Source of the DNA: Crocinitomicaceae bacterium
GTDB taxonomy: Bacteria; Bacteroidota; Bacteroidia; Flavobacteriales_D; Crocinitomicaceae
Assembly: GCA_044355195.1 (NCBI GenBank)
Contig: JBIKYP010000002.1
Coordinates: 911 to 64,910, forward strand
Direction: 5' to 3'
Length of the DNA stretch: 64,000 bases
The position numbers and the translations under genes are program-made. Every line of letters starts with the position of its first letter. The stretch's first letter is position 1. The notes under the pieces were generated by a model. It was not told the DNA's origin, did no database searches, and saw only the letters and a program-made list of their open reading frames with translations. Positions 59,675 to 64,000 of this stretch are shown piece by piece.

Positions 59675-59758
59675 TACTCGGAGCGGGACTTGAACCCGCA
59701 CGGGCAAATGCCCACAGGATTTTAAGTCCGGCGTGTCTACCAATTCCACCATCCGAGC
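59675..59758 (-). tRNA. tRNA-Leu (anticodon UAA), class II with a long variable arm
   Basis: The reverse complement folds as acceptor GCTCGGA/TCCGAGT, D-arm GTG-GAATTGGTAGA-CAC, anticodon loop CTTAAAA, variable arm GGGC-ATTT-GCCC and T-arm GCGGG-TTCAAGT-CCCGC. There is one C-U mismatch in the anticodon stem. No CCA is encoded. Confidence 0.85.
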
Positions 59759-59888
59759 GTGGACTTACCATCAGAGGGATTATCTTGTGATCCCAAAGAG
59801 GTGGACTTGTAAAGCAAAACCGTTGCTGCGCAACTTTTTTAACGCTCTAAAGCATCCGAAACATGTTTCGCTGCTTTTTCATTGCTAA

Positions 59889-59911
59889 AAAACCCACTTG
59901 GTGTGGGTTTT
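59889..59911 (-). terminator. Rho-independent (bidirectional-looking) terminator after tRNA-Gly
   Basis: AACCCAC-ttggt-GTGGGTT is flanked by an A run and a T run. Confidence 0.7.
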
Positions 59912-59917
59912 GCTTTG

Positions 59918-59990
<73 letters not shown>

Positions 59991-60097
59991 AATTTTAGTA
60001 TTCTCAATTCTTCTCGTTTGAAGAGTCTGCTTTCACAAGCAGCGGGCGACAAATGTAAAAAGTATTTCTAAAAATACAAGGCGTACTTTCAAAAAAA

Positions 60098-62731
60098 TTA
60101 ACCTCCCGTTAATTTCTTGATCTCATTCAGTTTGAGCAGCGCTTCCACGGGGGTAAGACTATTAATGTCGATTGACACCAGTTCTTCTCGTATTTGCTCC
60201 AACACAGGGTCGTTCAATTGGAAGAAACTCAATTGCATGTTGGAATTTACTGCTGCTACCTTCACGTTTTCTGTCATTCGTTTAGACGTTTTCTTTTCTG
60301 AAAGATCGTGCGACGATTCCAGTTCTTTTAGCATGGATTGCGCCCGTGTCAACACTCGAGGCGGCATTCCTGCCATTCTGGCCACATGGATACCAAACGA
60401 ATGTTCACTTCCACCTTCGACAAGTTTTCGAAGAAAAAGTACTTTGTTCCCACTTTCTTTTACGGCTACATTGTGATTTCTGATCCGAGAGAATTGATGT
60501 GTCATTTCATTCAGCTCATGGTAATGCGTTGCAAACAAGACCTTTGGTCTGCGTTCATTTTCGTGCAAATATTCAGCGATCGCCCATGCAATGGAAATAC
60601 CATCATAGGTGCTTGTGCCACGACCGATTTCATCCAGCAAGATCAGGCTTCGGTCCGATAGATTATTCAGAATACTTGCGGTTTCATTCATCTCAACCAT
60701 AAATGTTGATTCACCGGAAGAAATATTATCAGAAGCTCCGACGCGTGTAAATACTTTGTCTACTAAACCTAATTCTGCGGAAGTAGCAGGAATAAAACAA
60801 CCCATTTGTGCCATCAGAGAGATCAAGGCAGTTTGACGTAGAATGGCACTTTTACCACTCATGTTAGGTCCTGTGATCATAATGATCTGCTGATCGTCTG
60901 GATTCAGTTGGATCGAATTGGAGATATAGGGTTCACCGTCTCGAAGTTGTTTCTCAATGACTGGATGCCGTCCCTCCGTAATTTGAATTCCAAATCCCTC
61001 ATTTAGTTGGGGTCGAGAATAATTATTCATCGTTGCCGCTTGCGCAAAAGATTGCAAGCAATCAAGTTGTCCGATGAGTCGTGCATTTCGTTGGATCAGT
61101 TGAATGTAATCTGCCATGGAGAAAACCAGATCCTGGAAAAGGCGTGCTTCAATGGTGTGGATTCGTTCCTCTGCTCCGAGTATTTTGGATTCGTATTCTT
61201 TGAGTTCTTCCGTGATGTAGCGTTCTGCATTCACAAGAGTTTGCTTGCGGATCCATTCTTCCGGAACTTTGTCTTTGTGGGTGTTTCGAACCTCAAGATA
61301 GTATCCGAACACATTATTGAATGCTACCTTAAGACTTGGAATACCTGTTCGGGCAGACTCCCTTTCTTGAAGCGCTTCCAGGTAATCTTTTCCGTTGAAC
61401 GCGATGGTTCTCAATTCGTCCAGTTCGGCATGAACACCTTCTTGGATTATAGCTCCTTTTCCAACGGCTATCGCGGGATCTTCAGTAAGCGTTTCTGCGA
61501 TCGTCGCAATTAATTTTTCGCAGGGATCGAGCTGCTCATGAATTCGCTTAATGAGAGCAGAAGAGGAGCTTTCCAACAAATTTCTGATCGGTTGAAGTTG
61601 CTCCAGTGTCTGCTTTAGACGTATTACCTCCTTTGGATTCACTTTGGCAACCGCAACTTTAGAGATCAGTCGCTCCATGTCGCCGATGTCCTTCAAGCGT
61701 TCGCATAATTCGAAATGGGCGGTTTCTTCATTTTTCAGATAGGTAACCGCATCCAGTCGTTCATTGATCGGCGCGGCATTTTTCAATGGAAGAACGATCC
61801 AACGTTTGATCATTCGCCCACCCATAGGTGTCAGGGTATGATCCAGAATATCAGCAAGTGTGGTGGCATTTTCATGCGGTGAACTGATCAGTTCCAGATT
61901 TCGAACGGTGAATCGATCCAGCCAGACGTATTGTTCCTCTTCAATACGACCAATCGAAGCGATATGTCCAAGTCGAGTATGCTGATTTTCATTCAGGTAA
62001 TGTAATACGGCTCCGGCGGCAACTATACCAAGCGGAAGGTGTTCGATACCGAATCCTTTCAGCGATCGCGTTTCAAAATGCCGATTTAGCGTTTCAGAAG
62101 CAAAACCGTCGGTGAATATCCAGTCCTCCAAACGGAAAGTGTAAAATCGTTCACCGAATTGCTCTTGGTATTCTTTAGACCTGTTTTTCTGATAAATGAC
62201 TTCTTTGGGTTCAAAGCCTTGGATCAGTTTGTCCAAATATTCCTTAGATCCCTGTGCAACAAGAAATTCTCCTGTGGATACATCGAGAAAAGCAATCCCA
62301 TGTTCCTCCTTGTGGTAATGAATGGCACAGAGAAAATTGTTCTTCTTTTGTTCTAGTACCTGATCATTGAAGGATACTCCGGGAGTAACAAGCTCTGTAA
62401 CACCGCGTTTGACGATCGTTTTGGTCAGTTTAGGATCCTCCAGTTGGTCACAAATGGCTACCCGTTGACCTGCCCGAACGAGTTTAGGCAAATACGAATC
62501 CAGTGAGTGATGTGGAAACCCGGCCAGCTCTATTTCTGATGCGGTCCCATTACCACGTTTTGTAAGTATAATTCCAAGTATCTTGGATGTCTTAACGGCA
62601 TCTTCACCAAATGTTTCATAAAAATCACCGACGCGAAAAAGTAGTAGGGCTTGTGGGTGCCGAGCCTTGATCTGATTGTATTGCTTCATTAAAGGCGTTT
62701 CAGCAACGCTTTTTGCTTTTTCAGACGCCAA
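60098..62731 (-). CDS. mutS: DNA mismatch repair protein MutS
   Basis: 877 aa with TPLMKQY, GDFYE and Walker A GPNMSGKS, plus DEIGRGTSTYDG. Confidence 0.97.
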   Translation of the reverse strand: MASEKAKSVAETPLMKQYNQIKARHPQALLLFRVGDFYETFGEDAVKTSKILGIILTKRGNGTASEIELAGFPHHSLDSYLPKLVRAGQRVAICDQLEDPKLTKTIVKRGVTELVTPGVSFNDQVLEQKKNNFLCAIHYHKEEHGIAFLDVSTGEFLVAQGSKEYLDKLIQGFEPKEVIYQKNRSKEYQEQFGERFYTFRLEDWIFTDGFASETLNRHFETRSLKGFGIEHLPLGIVAAGAVLHYLNENQHTRLGHIASIGRIEEEQYVWLDRFTVRNLELISSPHENATTLADILDHTLTPMGGRMIKRWIVLPLKNAAPINERLDAVTYLKNEETAHFELCERLKDIGDMERLISKVAVAKVNPKEVIRLKQTLEQLQPIRNLLESSSSALIKRIHEQLDPCEKLIATIAETLTEDPAIAVGKGAIIQEGVHAELDELRTIAFNGKDYLEALQERESARTGIPSLKVAFNNVFGYYLEVRNTHKDKVPEEWIRKQTLVNAERYITEELKEYESKILGAEERIHTIEARLFQDLVFSMADYIQLIQRNARLIGQLDCLQSFAQAATMNNYSRPQLNEGFGIQITEGRHPVIEKQLRDGEPYISNSIQLNPDDQQIIMITGPNMSGKSAILRQTALISLMAQMGCFIPATSAELGLVDKVFTRVGASDNISSGESTFMVEMNETASILNNLSDRSLILLDEIGRGTSTYDGISIAWAIAEYLHENERRPKVLFATHYHELNEMTHQFSRIRNHNVAVKESGNKVLFLRKLVEGGSEHSFGIHVARMAGMPPRVLTRAQSMLKELESSHDLSEKKTSKRMTENVKVAAVNSNMQLSFFQLNDPVLEQIREELVSIDINSLTPVEALLKLNEIKKLTGG

Positions 62732-62815
62732 ATCCGGTGATTTTTTGAAATTTGTAGTAAAATTATACTCAACCCGCGAAGGCTCAAAGTATTTCGCCCC
62801 CTTCTTATTAACAAT

Positions 62816-63358
62816 ATGAATAGAAAATTAAAACTGTGGGAACTGGATCGGCTGTCGCAAGAAGAATTTCAAAAGCAACCTAAATTTCCATTGATTGTAG
62901 TGTTGGATGGTATTCGTAGCTTGAATAACATTGGTTCATTTTTTCGTACTGCGGATGCATTTAATGTGGAAAAGATCTATTTGTGTGGAATTACCGCGCA
63001 ACCCCCTCATCGGGATATTCAGAAAACGGCATTGGGAGCAACCGAAACGGTGGAATGGGAGTATCGATCGTCTATTGTTGAACTGATGGAAGAATTTAAA
63101 GCACAAAATGTGATAGTGTGTGCGGTCGAACAGGCAGAACAAACCACCTTACTACAATACACTGAGGCATTGCAAGGAGAAAAATTCGCCTTAGTTTTTG
63201 GTAACGAAGTTGACGGGGTAGATCAACGTGTCGTGGATCTGGCGGATCATATTATTGAAGTGCCACAGTTTGGTACAAAGCATAGCCTCAATGTTGCTGT
63301 CTGTGCAGGAGTGGTTTTGTGGGAATTCGCAAAAAGATATATGGGTACCCTCAAATAG
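62816..63358 (+). CDS. SpoU/TrmH-family RNA 2'-O-methyltransferase
   Basis: 180 aa with NIGSFFRTADAF...LVFGNEVDGV...SLNVAVCAGVVLWE (SPOUT knot motifs). Confidence 0.85.
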   Translation: MNRKLKLWELDRLSQEEFQKQPKFPLIVVLDGIRSLNNIGSFFRTADAFNVEKIYLCGITAQPPHRDIQKTALGATETVEWEYRSSIVELMEEFKAQNVIVCAVEQAEQTTLLQYTEALQGEKFALVFGNEVDGVDQRVVDLADHIIEVPQFGTKHSLNVAVCAGVVLWEFAKRYMGTLK

Positions 63359-63398
63359 AGCGTATCATATTCATGATTTGTTACGAATAGATAAAAAG

Positions 63399-63422
63399 AA
63401 CCCTGCATACTGGAGCAGGGTT
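63399..63422 (-). terminator. Terminator hairpin downstream of metK (also faces the SpoU-family gene)
   Basis: AACCCTGC-N8-GCAGGGTT. On the minus strand it is followed by CTTTTT. Confidence 0.6.
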
Positions 63423-63488
63423 AAGAAATCAAAAGATGATTGCGATTTTTGGCTAGTTAAAAATCACAATATGTCCACTCAGGGGTCC

Positions 63489-64000
63489 TCAGATGCCAAA
63501 TGAAGATTTTATATTGTCTACGTAGTCGAGTTTTTCCCAGGTAAACAATTCAACTTCCATCACTTTTATCGTCCCGTCAGGAGCAGAGAAAGACTTGGTA
63601 ACCGTTTCGTTCTTCCGACCCATGTGTCCATAAGCAGCCGTTTCAGAATACATCGGTTTGCGTAAATTCAAACGTTGCTCGATAAAGTAGGGTCGCATAT
63701 CGAAAATAGCTTCTATTTTTCGTGCAATCTCACCGTCAGACAAATTGACTTTAGCTGTTCCATAAGTGTTGATGAATAAACCGCATGGTTTTGCGACGCC
63801 AATGGCATAAGAAACCTGCACGAGAACTTCATCGCACAATCCTGCTGCCACCATATTCTTTGCAATGTGACGAGTTGCATAAGCTGCTGAACGGTCTACT
63901 TTGGATGGATCTTTACCTGAAAAAGCTCCACCTCCGTGAGCACCTTTTCCTCCATAGGTGTCTACAATGATCTTACGACCTGTTAGACCCGTATCTCCAT
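63489..64000 (-). CDS. metK: S-adenosylmethionine synthetase, C-terminal part (5' end outside the window)
   Basis: The minus-strand frame is open to the window edge and reads [54 protein letters not shown]... Confidence 0.95.
   Translation of the reverse strand, partial: GDTGLTGRKIIVDTYGGKGAHGGGAFSGKDPSKVDRSAAYATRHIAKNMVAAGLCDEVLVQVSYAIGVAKPCGLFINTYGTAKVNLSDGEIARKIEAIFDMRPYFIEQRLNLRKPMYSETAAYGHMGRKNETVTKSFSAPDGTIKVMEVELFTWEKLDYVDNIKSSFGI

Noticed and set aside
59533-59790. 60-76-aa ORFs overlapping the tRNA-Leu region
   Set aside because: They overlap a well-folded tRNA and its terminator, so a coding role is unlikely.

Overview
This 64-kb window looks like a Bacteroidota chromosome: T9SS type-B C-terminal sorting domain, a TonB-dependent receptor paired with a DUF4249 lipoprotein, FtsZ with a long linker, and a dcw cluster lacking murF and ddl. 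It is roughly 40% GC by eye and is mostly tightly packed housekeeping genes.

Layout:
- 1-1.4 kb: edge of an accessory region, with a DinD-like 3' fragment, a RhuM-family gene and a MITE-like palindromic element.
- 1.4-6.1 kb (-): surface-polysaccharide module (O-antigen ligase/polymerase family, Wzz-like, Wzx-like flippase, FkbM methyltransferase).
- 6.3-8.6 kb (-): OmpR-type response regulator and histidine kinase.
- 8.7-12.2 kb (+): a 1148-aa uncharacterised outer-membrane-like protein.
- 12.2-23.7 kb (-): ppx/gppA-family gene, der, era, a hypothetical outer-membrane protein, a decayed PKD/T9SS adhesin pseudogene, exported msrA, a TPR protein, a lipoprotein, serS, an internally deleted IS1595-family remnant, rpmA and rplU.
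- 24.2-40.1 kb (+): complete dcw cluster mraZ-rsmH-ftsL-ftsI-murE-mraY-murD-ftsW-murG-murC-ftsQ-ftsA-ftsZ, followed by a yqeY-like gene.
- 40.6-43.8 kb (+): methionine-salvage genes mtnB-mtnD-mtnC-mtnA.
- 43.8-44.1 kb: an approximately 100-codon N-terminal fragment of what I recall as an MmeI/Eco57I-like restriction-modification enzyme. It abuts the fabD stop codon.
- 44.1-64 kb: fabD, dipeptide epimerase, PurM-like gene, prfA, TonB receptor with DUF4249, pyrF, a translationally coupled MMPL/RND exporter-rfbA-polyprenyl synthase trio, a manC-like gene, an SprT-like gene, tRNA-Leu(UAA), tRNA-Gly(GCC), mutS, a SpoU-family methyltransferase and the 3' part of metK.

I found no CRISPR array, rRNA, intact mobile element or convincing novel multi-gene system. 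The items most worth a second look are small:
- the RM-gene fragment;
- the IS remnant;
- the MITE-like element;
- inverted GTGGTAAAAAGTGG boxes upstream of mraZ;
- a strand-asymmetric heptad-repeat hairpin between era and der;
- a TTGAAC repeat array;
- the exporter-RmlA-polyprenyl synthase coupling;
- the large uncharacterised outer-membrane protein.

All family assignments come from motif recognition by eye. None were checked by database search.
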